From: an uncultured delta proteobacterium
Lineage (GTDB): Bacteria; Desulfobacterota; Desulfuromonadia; Geobacterales; DSM-12255
Assembly: GCA_963787125.1 (NCBI GenBank)
Contig: CAWBBV010000001.1
Span: 96,001 to 160,000 of the forward strand
Direction: 5' to 3'
Length of the DNA: 64,000 nucleotides
Positions within the stretch are counted from its first letter, which is position 1; each line of letters starts with the position of its first letter. The position numbers and the translations under genes were made by a program. The notes under the pieces are model-generated. The model had not been told where the DNA came from, made no database searches, and saw nothing but the letters and a program-made list of their open reading frames with translations. This document shows positions 9,725 to 20,570 of this stretch, in pieces.

Positions 9725-10765
9725 ATGGCTGGCAAAAAAACATGGTCTCGCTTTCCTCAACCAAAATGGACAAGCTTTTGCCTTTGGGCTCTCTTCACAC
9801 TGGGGATCTGCGCACTCTTCATGACCGGCTGCCAGCCGGCGCAGCAACAGACCGGCCCGCGAGAAAAGCTGACCATCGCCTATTCAACCGCGTCAAATGC
9901 AGTGCTGGTTTATATCGCCTTTGCCAAGGGGTACTTTGCGGAGGAGGGCCTTGATGCGATTCCACAATCATATCCGTTTGGAAAACCTGCGCTGGCTGCG
10001 GTCATAGAAGGTAAAGCGGACGTTGCCACCGTGGGAGACACGCCGATTGTATTCGCCGTCATGAACGGCGAAAAGATCACCACGCTGGCGGCGATTCAGA
10101 CTTCAAACCGAAACGAAGCCATTGTGGCGCGTCGTGATCGAGGCATTGCCCGTCCGGGGGATCTGAAAGGTAAAAAAATCGGCGTCCCGCTCGGCACTAC
10201 GGCGCATTTTTTTCTCGATTCCTTTCTGCTTGCCAACAACATCGATATGCAACAGGTGACGCTTATCGATATAAAACCCGCAGAGATGGCCGCTGCTCTC
10301 GACAATGGCAAGCTCGACGCAGTCTCAACCTTCAACCCGACGCTCAAACAGCTGGAGAATACTCTTGGAAATACCGGGACGGTTTTCTACGGTGAGGCGC
10401 TCTACACCGAAACTTTCTGCGTTGCAGCAAAGCAGGAGTTTACGAAGAAGAACCCGGAAGCAGTTAAAAAATTCCTCCGGGCACTTATAAAGGCGGAAAC
10501 TTTTGTCAAAGAGCATGAAAAGGCAGCTCAAAGCCTGGCCGCCGAATTTATTAAAATGGACAAGGCAGTTCTTGCCGAACTATGGAGTATTCTGGTTTTC
10601 AGAGTGACGTTGAATCAGTCGCTGCTGGTGGATTTTGAGGATCAAACCCGCTGGGTACTGAAGAGCAGGTTGTCCAAAGGGACATCGATGCCGAATTATC
10701 TCGAGCATATCAGCCTTGATGGACTAACTGCCGTTAAACCGGAAGCTGTCAGGATTGTTCGCTAA
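9725..10765 (+). CDS. NMT1/SsuA-type substrate-binding lipoprotein
   Basis: RBS AAGGAGA; lipobox MTGC; AKGYFAEEGL and DLKGKKIGV motifs. Confidence 0.85.
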   Translation: MAGKKTWSRFPQPKWTSFCLWALFTLGICALFMTGCQPAQQQTGPREKLTIAYSTASNAVLVYIAFAKGYFAEEGLDAIPQSYPFGKPALAAVIEGKADVATVGDTPIVFAVMNGEKITTLAAIQTSNRNEAIVARRDRGIARPGDLKGKKIGVPLGTTAHFFLDSFLLANNIDMQQVTLIDIKPAEMAAALDNGKLDAVSTFNPTLKQLENTLGNTGTVFYGEALYTETFCVAAKQEFTKKNPEAVKKFLRALIKAETFVKEHEKAAQSLAAEFIKMDKAVLAELWSILVFRVTLNQSLLVDFEDQTRWVLKSRLSKGTSMPNYLEHISLDGLTAVKPEAVRIVR

Positions 10766-10777
10766 GGACTAAACGCT

Positions 10778-12256
10778 ATGAAGATAAATACGAGACTCAA
10801 GTTAACTGCAGGCATCTCCCTGGGCACGGTCATACTCATCCTCTTGGCGCTTGTCTGGTCCTGGCGTGAGATTTCCAGCGCTGACCGGAATATGGATCTT
10901 GTTGATGCAATGCGCAAGGTTGCACTTGAGCGAATTATGCTGCGGGACGAATACCTGTTGTATCAGGAGGCTCGCGCAGCAACCCAGTGGCGCACCAAAA
11001 CCGATGAGCTCCGGGCCCTTTTTGCTGTAGCCGAGTCACGCTTTCCCGATGAAAACAACAGAGTATTTCTGCACGATGCGCGGCAGGATTTTGATGCCAC
11101 TGTCTCCGGATTTTCGAGAGTCATAGCAAGCCGTACGGATCACTACCCCGGTCAGACTAACATGGGTGGTTTCAGCGATGCAGAGCTGCGACAGATAAGC
11201 CAGGTACTGTTGAAGGCGTATTCTCTGGCAGACAACATCAACCGCCTGCATGAAACAACTCAGGCCAAGACGAAAGGCACCCGGGACAACGGAATTTTAC
11301 TGGTGGTATTTTTCTTTCTCGGTGGAGTTATTGTGATCGTCATCAATTCAAGCGTGATCAGAAGAACTCTGGCTAAACGGATTACGACACTCGTCGCCGG
11401 CGTTGAAGTCCTCGGGTCAGGCAATCTTGATTATCGAATTATCCTGGAGGGTGATGATGAGCTTACTGACCTTGCCAAGGCAAACAATGAAATGGCCGCC
11501 AGACTCAAGAGCTCTTTCACCTCTCTGAACGATCTGCAGAGAGAGATTGACGAACGCAAGAAAGCCGAGAAGGAGCTGCAACGTTCGAACAGCGAACTGG
11601 AGCAGTTTGCCTATGTAGCATCCCACGATCTGCAGGAACCGCTGCGGATGATTTCCAGCTATACCCAGCTGCTTGCCGACCGCTATAAAGATAAGCTTGA
11701 TGACAAAGCCAACCTTTTCATCCACTATGCGGTTGATGGCGCCATTCGGATGCAGGCACTGATCAATGATCTGTTGGCATACTCCCGTATCGGCACCAAG
11801 GGGAAGACTCTGGAGCCGGTCGATACCCATGTCGTACTGGGAGAAGCTGTTAATGTCCTGAGAATGAGCATCAATGAGGCAAAAGCGATCATCACCAATG
11901 AAGAGCTACCTGAAGTGCGCGCCGACGCATCCCAACTGGTTCTACTGTTTCAGAACCTGATCGGTAATGCCTTGAAGTTCCGGGGCAAGGGATATCCGCA
12001 TGTGCAAATATCCGCCAAAGACAATGGCGCGGAGTGGCAGTTCTCGGTAAAGGACAACGACATCGGCATCGATCCGCAGTTTGCCGACAAGATTTTTGTC
12101 ATTTTTCAACGTCTGCACACCAAAGAGGAATATCCCGGCAGCGGCATGGGGCTGGCCATCTGCAAGAAGATCGTCGAGCGCCACGGCGGGCGGATCTGGT
12201 TTGAATCCGAGCTTGATAAAGGGGCAACTTTTTATTTTACAATTCCCAAACAATAA
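10778..12256 (+). CDS. Membrane HAMP sensor histidine kinase with a Cph1/phytochrome-type kinase core
   Basis: Two TM segments, HAMP, H-box FAYVASHDLQEPLR, HATPase; G1 box reads DNDIG. Confidence 0.9.
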   Translation: MKINTRLKLTAGISLGTVILILLALVWSWREISSADRNMDLVDAMRKVALERIMLRDEYLLYQEARAATQWRTKTDELRALFAVAESRFPDENNRVFLHDARQDFDATVSGFSRVIASRTDHYPGQTNMGGFSDAELRQISQVLLKAYSLADNINRLHETTQAKTKGTRDNGILLVVFFFLGGVIVIVINSSVIRRTLAKRITTLVAGVEVLGSGNLDYRIILEGDDELTDLAKANNEMAARLKSSFTSLNDLQREIDERKKAEKELQRSNSELEQFAYVASHDLQEPLRMISSYTQLLADRYKDKLDDKANLFIHYAVDGAIRMQALINDLLAYSRIGTKGKTLEPVDTHVVLGEAVNVLRMSINEAKAIITNEELPEVRADASQLVLLFQNLIGNALKFRGKGYPHVQISAKDNGAEWQFSVKDNDIGIDPQFADKIFVIFQRLHTKEEYPGSGMGLAICKKIVERHGGRIWFESELDKGATFYFTIPKQ

Positions 12257-12271
12257 AGGAGGTAACACCTT

Positions 12272-12727
12272 ATGCAGAGCACTTCATCACTACGGCCGAT
12301 CGATATTCTGCTGGTTGAAGACAATCCGGGTGATGTAGACCTGGCACGGGAAGCACTGGGAATGGGCAAACTGCACAACTCTCTGCATGTTGCCAGGGAC
12401 GGCATGGAGGCCATGGATTTTCTTCGCCAGGCAGGTAAATTCCTGAACTCGCCGCGGCCGGATCTCATCATCCTTGATCTGAATCTGCCGAAAAAAGACG
12501 GCCGGCAGGTGCTGGCGGAAATCAAGGCAGATGAGGATCTCAAGCGAATTCCGGTGGTTATTCTGACTACTTCCAGTGCGGAGGAAGATGTTCTGAAAAG
12601 CTACAACCTGCACGCAAACTGTTTCATCACCAAACCTATCGACTTGTCGCAGTTTATGCATGTGGTGCAGTCTATTGAGAGTTTCTGGCTGAGCATCGTG
12701 GTGCTGCCGAACGGAGCAAACAAATGA
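12272..12727 (+). CDS. Rcp1-like single-domain response regulator
   Basis: [25 protein letters not shown] and FWLSIVVLP motifs. Confidence 0.9.
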   Translation: MQSTSSLRPIDILLVEDNPGDVDLAREALGMGKLHNSLHVARDGMEAMDFLRQAGKFLNSPRPDLIILDLNLPKKDGRQVLAEIKADEDLKRIPVVILTTSSAEEDVLKSYNLHANCFITKPIDLSQFMHVVQSIESFWLSIVVLPNGANK

Positions 12728-14628
12728 ACACCGTGCTGAAAATCCTTTTGATAGAAGACAACCCGGGTGATGCAATCCTCATCGAGGAGCTGCTGAGCAC
12801 TGGCGGCATTCGCTTTGAACTGCAATGCGTTGAGCGCCTGTCTTTAGGGATCAAACAGCTTGAAACAGCCAGTTTTGATGTAATCCTTCTGGATCTCGGC
12901 CTTCCCGATAGTTTCGGAATTGAAACTCTGCGAAAATTGAATGAAACCAAACCAAAAGCACCTATTATCGTGCTCACCGGCCTTGCTGATGAAGCTGTCG
13001 GCTCGGAGGCAGTAAAGTCCGGCGCGCAGGATTATCTTCTCAAAGGGCAGATAGACAAGAATCTGCTTACCCGTTCAATCAGCCATGCCATCGAACGTAA
13101 GCAGTCTTTAGATACGATTCAGGCTGCCAGCCGCGAGTGGTCGGCATCATTCGATGCCATGGCGGACGGGGTATCAATTCATAGCGTCGACAACACAATC
13201 CTTAAGGCAAATCGATCACTGCTTGAGTTGCTGGGCAAGAGTGCAGACGAAGTGATCGGGAGGAAGTGTTACCAGGTTTTTCACGCAAAAGAGTGCCCGA
13301 TAACCGGCTGTCAAATCGGCACGGCAAGAGACACAGAGCAGAGAGGATACTCGGAGATGTTTGAGCCGACCCTTGATAAATGGCTCGCGGTGTCAACATC
13401 TCCTGTTTTCGATGATTCCGGCCGTTTAACAAAGATCGTGCATACGGTTCGGGACATAACCGGGCACCGCAAGACTGAAGAGCAGCTCCGCCAGAGCCAG
13501 AAGATGGAGTCAATCGGCACCCTGGCGGGCGGCATTGCCCATGATTTTAATAATATTCTGACTGCCATTATCGGCTATGGCAGCCTTGCTCTTATGAAGA
13601 TGCCGGCGGCTGATCCACAGCGGCTCAATATTCAAAATATGCTTGATGCTGCTGACCGGGCTGCCAATCTCACGAAACAGCTGCTGCTTTTCAGCAGAAA
13701 GCAGGCAATAGAGCGAAAACCGGTGGATCTGAATCTGATTGTAACCAGTGTGGCCAAGTTTCTGCAAAGGGTCATTGGCGAGGACATAAATTTCAAAACG
13801 ACTGTCCATGAAGCGTCGCTACCGGTTCTGGCAGATGCTCATCAGCTTGAGCAGGTGCTGATGAACCTGGCCACCAATGCCCGCGATAGCATGCCACAAT
13901 CAGGAGCATTGACTGTGTCGACGTCACTGGTAACTCTGAAAGAAGAATTCCCAACTGCCCATAGCCCTGGCAAGCCGGGAGCATATGCGCTCCTGACCGT
14001 TACTGACAACGGCGCCGGAATGGATGACCCGACACAGCAGCGGATCTTCGACCCGTTCTTCACGACCAAAGAGGTCGGCAAAGGTACCGGCCTCGGTTTG
14101 GCGGTCGTGTATGGCATCATCACGCAGCATGACGGTTACATCAACGTTTCCAGCGAACCTGGTGTGGGCACTACCTTCAGCATCTATCTGCCGGTCGTGC
14201 CGGCGGAAACGCTGCAAGCGCTCCGACCGGAAAGGGAGACCGCGGTGCGCGGCGGGGAGGAGACAATCCTTTTGGCCGAGGATGATGACGCCGTCAGGAG
14301 TCTGACCACGAGCGTGCTGACCGAGTTTGGCTATACGGTTATTGAGGCGGTGGATGGCGCAGATGCGGTGGACAAATTTAAAGCTAACGGTGCCGCAGTT
14401 GATCTGTTGCTGCTGGACATCATCATGCCGAATATGAATGGCAAAGAAGCTTTCGACGCAATCCGGAAAATCCGCCCCGGGATTAATGCTGTTTTCACCA
14501 GCGGCTATGCGTCTGAAACTGTTCGCCAAAAAGTGAGCCTGACCGAAGGTGTACTCCTCTTGACCAAGCCGGTCTCACCACTTGAACTGCTAATTAAAGT
14601 AAGGGGTGCTCTTGATGGGGTCAAGTAG
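12724..14628 (+). CDS. Hybrid kinase REC-PAS-HisKA-HATPase-REC
   Basis: Two receiver domains; H-box [23 protein letters not shown]. Confidence 0.9.
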   Translation: MNTVLKILLIEDNPGDAILIEELLSTGGIRFELQCVERLSLGIKQLETASFDVILLDLGLPDSFGIETLRKLNETKPKAPIIVLTGLADEAVGSEAVKSGAQDYLLKGQIDKNLLTRSISHAIERKQSLDTIQAASREWSASFDAMADGVSIHSVDNTILKANRSLLELLGKSADEVIGRKCYQVFHAKECPITGCQIGTARDTEQRGYSEMFEPTLDKWLAVSTSPVFDDSGRLTKIVHTVRDITGHRKTEEQLRQSQKMESIGTLAGGIAHDFNNILTAIIGYGSLALMKMPAADPQRLNIQNMLDAADRAANLTKQLLLFSRKQAIERKPVDLNLIVTSVAKFLQRVIGEDINFKTTVHEASLPVLADAHQLEQVLMNLATNARDSMPQSGALTVSTSLVTLKEEFPTAHSPGKPGAYALLTVTDNGAGMDDPTQQRIFDPFFTTKEVGKGTGLGLAVVYGIITQHDGYINVSSEPGVGTTFSIYLPVVPAETLQALRPERETAVRGGEETILLAEDDDAVRSLTTSVLTEFGYTVIEAVDGADAVDKFKANGAAVDLLLLDIIMPNMNGKEAFDAIRKIRPGINAVFTSGYASETVRQKVSLTEGVLLLTKPVSPLELLIKVRGALDGVK

Positions 14629-14725
14629 CCTTCAATGTTTAAGTAATAACCTCTTGAGACGGCATTCCAGGAGAGTCATAAAGTTGAGCGCAACTTCATA
14701 AACAGTCTGAGGGAGATACCCTGGG

Positions 14726-15925
14726 ATGGAAATTGAGAGCAGTCGTAAGCTTCTTATTGTCGATGATGATCCAGCTGTTCTGGAAATGGTTACAGCGATG
14801 CTCAGGTTTTGGGGCTATGAAGCGCTTGGCTGCCCTAGTGCTGTAAATGCGCTGGCAGAGTGCCGCAAAGGCGGCATCTGTCTGGTTGTATCCGATATCA
14901 GGATGCCCGATATTTCCGGCACTGAACTCCTCGACATGATCCATGAGCTGGATCCCGACATCCCGGTGATCCTGATGACTGCCTACGCTGAACTCGAAAC
15001 AGCCATTGATGCAGTTCGCAAAGGGGCCTTCGATTTCATCATCAAACCGTTCAAACCCGATTTTTTGCAGCATGCCGTTGAAAAGGGGGTCAGATTTCGG
15101 CATCTCATTGAAATGGAAAAGAATTACACGCTCATGATGGAAGAAAAAATTCGGGAATCCGAAGTGAATCTACGCGCGGCTGCGGTGATTCAACAAAGCC
15201 TGCTCCCGGTTGCCGCACCCCATGGTACCTCTTTTAATTTTGCCTGGCAGTTCCAGCCCTGTGAACAGGTCGGCGGCGATCTGTTCAATCTGTTCTGGCT
15301 GGATGAGCACCGCCTGGGAGTCTATGTGCTGGATGTAGGCGGGCATGGCGTTCCCGCGGCCATGGTGGCAACCTCGGTGGCCCAAACTCTGGATCATTGT
15401 CGCGGCTGGTTTCAAAAGCGTACCAGTGGCGCATCTACCCTGCATGAACATTTTACGCCCGCCGACGTCCTTGCCAAACTGAACCGGAAGTACCCGGTCG
15501 AGCGGTTCGGCAAACTCCTGACAATCTGCTACCTGATCCTCGACATGGAAAGCGGCAAAATACGCTATAGCAACGCCGCCTTGCCACTGCCTTTTATCAT
15601 CAGGGCCAGCGGGCGGATCGAGTCCCTCAGCGAAGGAGGGATAATTATCGGCGCCGATGAAGGGGCGGTCTATGAGGAAAGCACTATTCACCTGGAGAGT
15701 GGCGACCGGCTTTTTATTTATACCGACGGGATTATAGAATATTGCGACAAGAAAGGAGAGGCCTACGGAGAAGAACGGCTGGTCAGGGAGCTTAAAAGGT
15801 CAAGCGGGGAAACGCTGCAAACTGCCTGTGCACGGGCCATAACAGACCTTTTGGAATTCGGCGATGAGCAGCTGCCGGAAGACGACATAACTTTACTGGG
15901 GATCGAATTCCGACCGCCGGCATAA
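14726..15925 (+). CDS. Response regulator with PP2C/SpoIIE phosphatase domain (RsbU-like)
   Basis: REC domain; VGGDLF, DVGGHGVPAA, YTDG and DDITLL motifs. Confidence 0.9.
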   Translation: MEIESSRKLLIVDDDPAVLEMVTAMLRFWGYEALGCPSAVNALAECRKGGICLVVSDIRMPDISGTELLDMIHELDPDIPVILMTAYAELETAIDAVRKGAFDFIIKPFKPDFLQHAVEKGVRFRHLIEMEKNYTLMMEEKIRESEVNLRAAAVIQQSLLPVAAPHGTSFNFAWQFQPCEQVGGDLFNLFWLDEHRLGVYVLDVGGHGVPAAMVATSVAQTLDHCRGWFQKRTSGASTLHEHFTPADVLAKLNRKYPVERFGKLLTICYLILDMESGKIRYSNAALPLPFIIRASGRIESLSEGGIIIGADEGAVYEESTIHLESGDRLFIYTDGIIEYCDKKGEAYGEERLVRELKRSSGETLQTACARAITDLLEFGDEQLPEDDITLLGIEFRPPA

Positions 15926-15997
15926 GAAAGACTGATAATCTCTGCGCTTGCTGCTGTAGGTTCAATAAATGCTGGATGACAAAGGTATCGAGAAACT

Positions 15998-17320
15998 ATG
16001 AGCAACAGAAGTTTACCGAAAACTGATCTCAGCAACCAGAAGCGCCTTGAAGTCGAGCTATTAGCGGCAACACCGCTCCTTACCTCCTTTCTTGCCGAAT
16101 CGAGAAGCATTCATCTCGCGCACTTAAGTCACGCCGGCACTGTTTTGTCAGCCAATAACACTCTGGCCGAGAGCCTTAAAATCACTACCACTGAAATGAT
16201 CGGTCAGAATTTTTCAAACTTTCTTACCTCCCCCGATGTCAAGATTCTTGCCAAACATCTGCTGGCTAAAACCATCCAGACCGCTAAAGAGTTGCTGTTA
16301 AATTTCGTCGGCTCTGACCACATTCCATACACGCTACGCTGCCGTCTTTTGCCCCTGGAGAGCGGTCTACTCCTGCTCGGAGAACAACCACAGGACGATA
16401 ATAACGGGCTTCAGGAGGAGCTGCTCCAGCTCAATAATCAGCTGACTGTACTTTCCCGCGAAAACGTCCGCAAAGGACGAGAGCTTGCCAAGGCGCTGGC
16501 TGAATTGAAGAACGCGCAGACGATGCTGGTGCATCAGGAGAAGATGGCATCACTGGGACAGATGACCGCCGGCATTGCCCATGAGATCAACAATCCTTTA
16601 GCCTTTGTGCTCGGCAACGAGCATGTGCTCCAGCGTGATTTTGACGACCTCATGGCGTTCATCAATACACTGAGAGCTGCCCTGCCGGAGATAGCGTCGC
16701 TGTCGCCCCGGATTCACGGGGAGATTATAGCCAGGGCCGATGAAGCGGGATTGGAATATCTTGCTGAAGCGCTGCCCCGGAAGATTGCCGCCAACATCGA
16801 CGGCCTTGAGCGGGTCAAGAAAATCGTTCTTGATCTCCGCAATTTTTCCCGGCTTGACGAAGCGGAGTTCAAGCTCTGCGACCTTACAGAAGGGATAGAG
16901 TCTACGCTCAGGTTTCTGGGGCCGCTTCTGCACGAGCATGGCGTAACGATTGAAACCAGGCTGGCCAGACTGCCGCAGCTGCTCTGCTCGCCAGGCCCCT
17001 TGAATCAGGCGATCAGCAATATTGTAGCCAATGCCATCCAGGCCAGCCAGCCGGGCCAAACCGTTCTTGTGGCAACCAGTGAGAGCCGAGAGTGGTTCTC
17101 CATCGAGGTGACGGATCAGGGGGCAGGTATCCCGCCTGAGAATCTGACCAAGGTGTTCGATCCGTTTTTCACCACAAAACCGGTCGGTTCGGGCACAGGG
17201 CTGGGGCTCAGCATCACGCACCAGATTGTGGCAGCACATAAGGGGAAGATAGAAGTTGAGAGCGTACCCGGAGCAGGCACAACTTTCAGAGTTCTGCTTC
17301 CGGCCAAACTTGATTCATAG
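15998..17320 (+). CDS. Cytoplasmic PAS-like histidine kinase (NtrB-type)
   Basis: H-box AGIAHEINNPL; HATPase; PAS-like N-terminus and LNNQL..LSRE coiled coil. Confidence 0.9.
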   Translation: MSNRSLPKTDLSNQKRLEVELLAATPLLTSFLAESRSIHLAHLSHAGTVLSANNTLAESLKITTTEMIGQNFSNFLTSPDVKILAKHLLAKTIQTAKELLLNFVGSDHIPYTLRCRLLPLESGLLLLGEQPQDDNNGLQEELLQLNNQLTVLSRENVRKGRELAKALAELKNAQTMLVHQEKMASLGQMTAGIAHEINNPLAFVLGNEHVLQRDFDDLMAFINTLRAALPEIASLSPRIHGEIIARADEAGLEYLAEALPRKIAANIDGLERVKKIVLDLRNFSRLDEAEFKLCDLTEGIESTLRFLGPLLHEHGVTIETRLARLPQLLCSPGPLNQAISNIVANAIQASQPGQTVLVATSESREWFSIEVTDQGAGIPPENLTKVFDPFFTTKPVGSGTGLGLSITHQIVAAHKGKIEVESVPGAGTTFRVLLPAKLDS

Positions 17321-17353
17321 AAAACATTTGGACTATTATCTGGGAGGTACGAC

Positions 17354-17818
17354 ATGACAAAAGAAGAGCTCCTTGCATCTGCTACTCTGCTGATGCAACC
17401 GTCAAAGCAGGCGGCAAAAGAGTACAGCAGCACAAGCGATAATCTCGCCGCCGAAATGAACCGCATCATGGGTGAACGTTCTGATATCGATTACATGGTC
17501 GGGGGCAACCGGGCCATGATGGAGGATAATCACCGCAACCACGCCAGGTTCATCGCGTCGCTGTTTTGCACCTATAGTCCGGCAGTGCTCGTCGATACTG
17601 TCCTCTGGGTCTTCAGAGCCTATCGTTCTCACGGCTTTCAGCTCACCTACTGGCCTGCACAACTGGATACCTGGGTGGAGGTTCTGCGAAGAGAGTTGAC
17701 CGCGGATACCATGGCAGAGGTCTATCCCTTCTACCACTGGATGATAGTCAATCAGCCGTCGTTCGCTCTGCTCAGCGACAGCTTTCTATCGGCTGATGCG
17801 ATTGTGCCGAAACATTGA
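17354..17818 (+). CDS. All-helical globin-like hypothetical protein resembling the N-terminal domain of cobalamin-binding proteins
   Basis: RBS GGAGG; MMEDNHRNHARF...WVFRAYRSHGF segment; fold assigned by recognition only. Confidence 0.6.
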   Translation: MTKEELLASATLLMQPSKQAAKEYSSTSDNLAAEMNRIMGERSDIDYMVGGNRAMMEDNHRNHARFIASLFCTYSPAVLVDTVLWVFRAYRSHGFQLTYWPAQLDTWVEVLRRELTADTMAEVYPFYHWMIVNQPSFALLSDSFLSADAIVPKH

Positions 17819-17846
17819 ATGACAGCTGTTGCAGCCGTCGCCGTGA

Positions 17847-18620
17847 ATGAAGCAGGCAAGGGAGATACTCGTGATTGAAATAGGCAGCCCGGAAAAACCG
17901 AAAATTCTGATCGTGGATGATGAAGCTGAAGTTCTGCAGAGTCTGGCCGACCTGCTGCGCAAGGATTTTCATGTCTTTGCCACCGCTGATGTCGCTGAAG
18001 CAGAGCGCCTGCTGGTGGCGCACAACATGTTTTCACTGGTCATATCCGACCAGCGGATGCCGGTGCTGACCGGTGCCGAACTCCTTGCCAGAGCTTCTCA
18101 AACAAGCCCCGACACGGCCCGGATTCTTCTCACCGGCTACGCCGATATTGACGCAGTTATAAAGGCGGTCAACCAGGGGCAGATTACGCAATATGTAACC
18201 AAACCATGGGAAGGGGACAAACTGCTGGCAATGCTGAAAACGATTGCCGAGCGGCATCAGTTGCTGTTTGAGAACCGTCTGCTCATCAAGCAGCTGGCCG
18301 GTCTGCAGGAATCGGCAACAGATAGTGCAGCGCAGATTGAGACATTGGCAGTGGCACAATCAATTGTTCAGATTGAGAACCAGACCCTGAAAGCAGCCTA
18401 TGAGCAGCTGGACAAATCCTTCTGGCATCTCAAAAAAATTCAGGAAGTGCTCCCCATCTGCATGGAGTGCGGCAAAGTCAAAACAGCCGATTCTTCCTGG
18501 GAGGATGTGGTCAGTTTTCTGAGAAAGAACTCCCTCTTTCTCAGTCACGGCTATTGCCCGGCATGTGCTGAGAAGTTACTGAGTCAGTTAAACATGACCC
18601 GTGGGGGGGATACTCCTTGA
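17847..18620 (+). CDS. Response regulator with coiled coil and C-terminal CxxC...SHGYCPxC putative zinc domain
   Basis: REC (LIVDDE, ISDQRMP); LPICMECGK and SHGYCPAC. Confidence 0.85.
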   Translation: MKQAREILVIEIGSPEKPKILIVDDEAEVLQSLADLLRKDFHVFATADVAEAERLLVAHNMFSLVISDQRMPVLTGAELLARASQTSPDTARILLTGYADIDAVIKAVNQGQITQYVTKPWEGDKLLAMLKTIAERHQLLFENRLLIKQLAGLQESATDSAAQIETLAVAQSIVQIENQTLKAAYEQLDKSFWHLKKIQEVLPICMECGKVKTADSSWEDVVSFLRKNSLFLSHGYCPACAEKLLSQLNMTRGGDTP

Positions 18621-18650
18621 CAACAGCCGTTGACAGCGTTGCTGCCGCAG
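18406..18650 (+). repeat. Diverged direct repeat, copy 1 (3' end of the Zn-domain regulator)
   Basis: TGGACAAATCCTTCTGGCA...GGAAGTGCTCCCCATCTGCATGGAGTGCGGCAA recurs at 24781. Confidence 0.9.
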
Positions 18651-18794
18651 CTGATCAGGCGGCAGCTCTGAAACTGTCCCGCCCAGGAATCGTGGCTAAT
18701 AAATGCAGTGAGGTTCTCCCCTCAATGGATCGAGGCAGTGTCAAAAACTCTGGCGCAGGCGTGTGAGAATGTTACGGGGGGAAATTAGATTCAG

Positions 18795-20552
18795 ATGAAA
18801 TCTTCTGCCAAATGTAGACATGCTGCCGGATTGTTCGTGATCTGCCTTCTGCTGACACTTCTTCCGGTCACTCCCGGCTATTCTGCGCTCGGGAGTGACC
18901 AGCCGGGTCAGGAAGCAGCAATTTCACTGACTCCTGCCGAGAAGGAGTATCTGGCAGCACATCCGCGCATTCAGGTGGGGGTCATGAGTGACTGGCCGCC
19001 GCTGAACTATCTGGATCAGAACAAAAAGCCGCATGGGATAGGGGCAGAGTATCTGGAGGCTCTCAACAAACGGTTGGGAGGAGTTCTCGTCACGGTTTCC
19101 GGGCCGTTCAAGGAAAATTATGACCGGGTGCTGACTGGACAGCTTGACGCAATCATGGACATCACCAGCAGGCCTGACCGGGAAGCGCTCTTCAATTTCA
19201 CCCGCCCCTATATTGTCATTCCCCATGCCATCGTTGGCCGGAAAGGGGGAGCGTATTTCAAGAATGAAAAAGAGCTGGCTGATAAAACGATAGCCCTCGA
19301 ACAGGGGTTCTACAATGTAACCTATTTTAAAATGAACTATCCGGGCATTACCATCAAAGAATACGCATCGACTTCAGCAGCTCTGGATGCGGTTGCGCGC
19401 GGGGAAGCTGACGCCTATGCCGGTAACCGGGCGGTGATCATTCACCTTATGGAAAAGGAGTTGTTTAACAACCTGCAGTTGATGGGCAAGCTAACTGAAT
19501 CAACATCGACACTGCAGATCGGGGTGAGAAAGGACAACCCGGTTCTGGTGGCAATCCTTGATAAAGCACTGCTGGCAATATCGGAAGCGGAAAAAAACGC
19601 AATCTATAGCAAATGGGTTTCCCTTGAGTATAAGCACAATGTTGATTACGCAGTTATCTGGAAAATCGTCGCCGTTTCAGCGGCATTGGTGGCGCTGGTT
19701 ATTTTCTGGAACCGGCGGCTTGGCCGGGAGATTGCCCGGCGCAAAGAGGTTGAAGCGGAATTACAGGCAAATCAGGTACGTCTGGAAGAGCTGCTGCAGG
19801 AACGTACCGCCCAGGGAGCTGAACTACAAGAGGCCAAGGAGCGCGCCGAGGCGGCTGACCAGGTCAAATCAGCATTTCTGGCTACCATGTCCCATGAACT
19901 GCGGACGCCGCTCAACTCAATCATCGGTTTTACCGGAATCCTCCTGCAGGGGCTGGGTGGGCCGATCAATGACGAGCAGGTCAAACAGTTGACCATGGTC
20001 AAGAACAGTGCCAATCATCTGCTCTCCCTGATCAGCGATGTGCTGGACATATCCAAGATTGAGGCCGGCCAGCTGAAGGTTTCTGCCGAACCGTTCAATC
20101 TGCCGGAGTCTATTGTGAAGGTAGTCCAGACTGTGCGTCCTCTTGCCGAGAATAAGGGCCTCTACCTGAACCTCGACATAGCGGAAGGGGTAGTCAGTGT
20201 CAATGCTGATGAACGTCGGGCAGAACAGATTCTGCTCAACCTGCTCAGTAATGCGATCAAGTTTACGGAGCAAGGGGGGATTTCCGTCAGCTGCTATTGT
20301 GAAGCCGGGTACTATGTGACCAGTGTCAGCGACTCCGGTATCGGTATCAAGGCTGATGATCTGGAACCTTTGTTCAAGCCGTTTCATCAGATTGACTCAG
20401 GGCTAAGTCGCAAATATGGCGGGACCGGTCTGGGCCTCTCCATCTGCCAGCGGCTGGCCGAGTTGATGGGCGGCACCGTCGGGGTCAGGAGCGAATACGG
20501 GGCGGGCAGTACCTTCTGGTTCACCCTGCCGGTCAAGACTGATAGTGAATAG
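18795..20552 (+). CDS. Sensor histidine kinase with periplasmic family-3 substrate-binding domain
   Basis: Signal peptide, PBP3-like domain, [16 protein letters not shown], HATPase. Confidence 0.9.
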   Translation: MKSSAKCRHAAGLFVICLLLTLLPVTPGYSALGSDQPGQEAAISLTPAEKEYLAAHPRIQVGVMSDWPPLNYLDQNKKPHGIGAEYLEALNKRLGGVLVTVSGPFKENYDRVLTGQLDAIMDITSRPDREALFNFTRPYIVIPHAIVGRKGGAYFKNEKELADKTIALEQGFYNVTYFKMNYPGITIKEYASTSAALDAVARGEADAYAGNRAVIIHLMEKELFNNLQLMGKLTESTSTLQIGVRKDNPVLVAILDKALLAISEAEKNAIYSKWVSLEYKHNVDYAVIWKIVAVSAALVALVIFWNRRLGREIARRKEVEAELQANQVRLEELLQERTAQGAELQEAKERAEAADQVKSAFLATMSHELRTPLNSIIGFTGILLQGLGGPINDEQVKQLTMVKNSANHLLSLISDVLDISKIEAGQLKVSAEPFNLPESIVKVVQTVRPLAENKGLYLNLDIAEGVVSVNADERRAEQILLNLLSNAIKFTEQGGISVSCYCEAGYYVTSVSDSGIGIKADDLEPLFKPFHQIDSGLSRKYGGTGLGLSICQRLAELMGGTVGVRSEYGAGSTFWFTLPVKTDSE

Positions 20553-20570
20553 TGCATCAGGGAATTTTTT

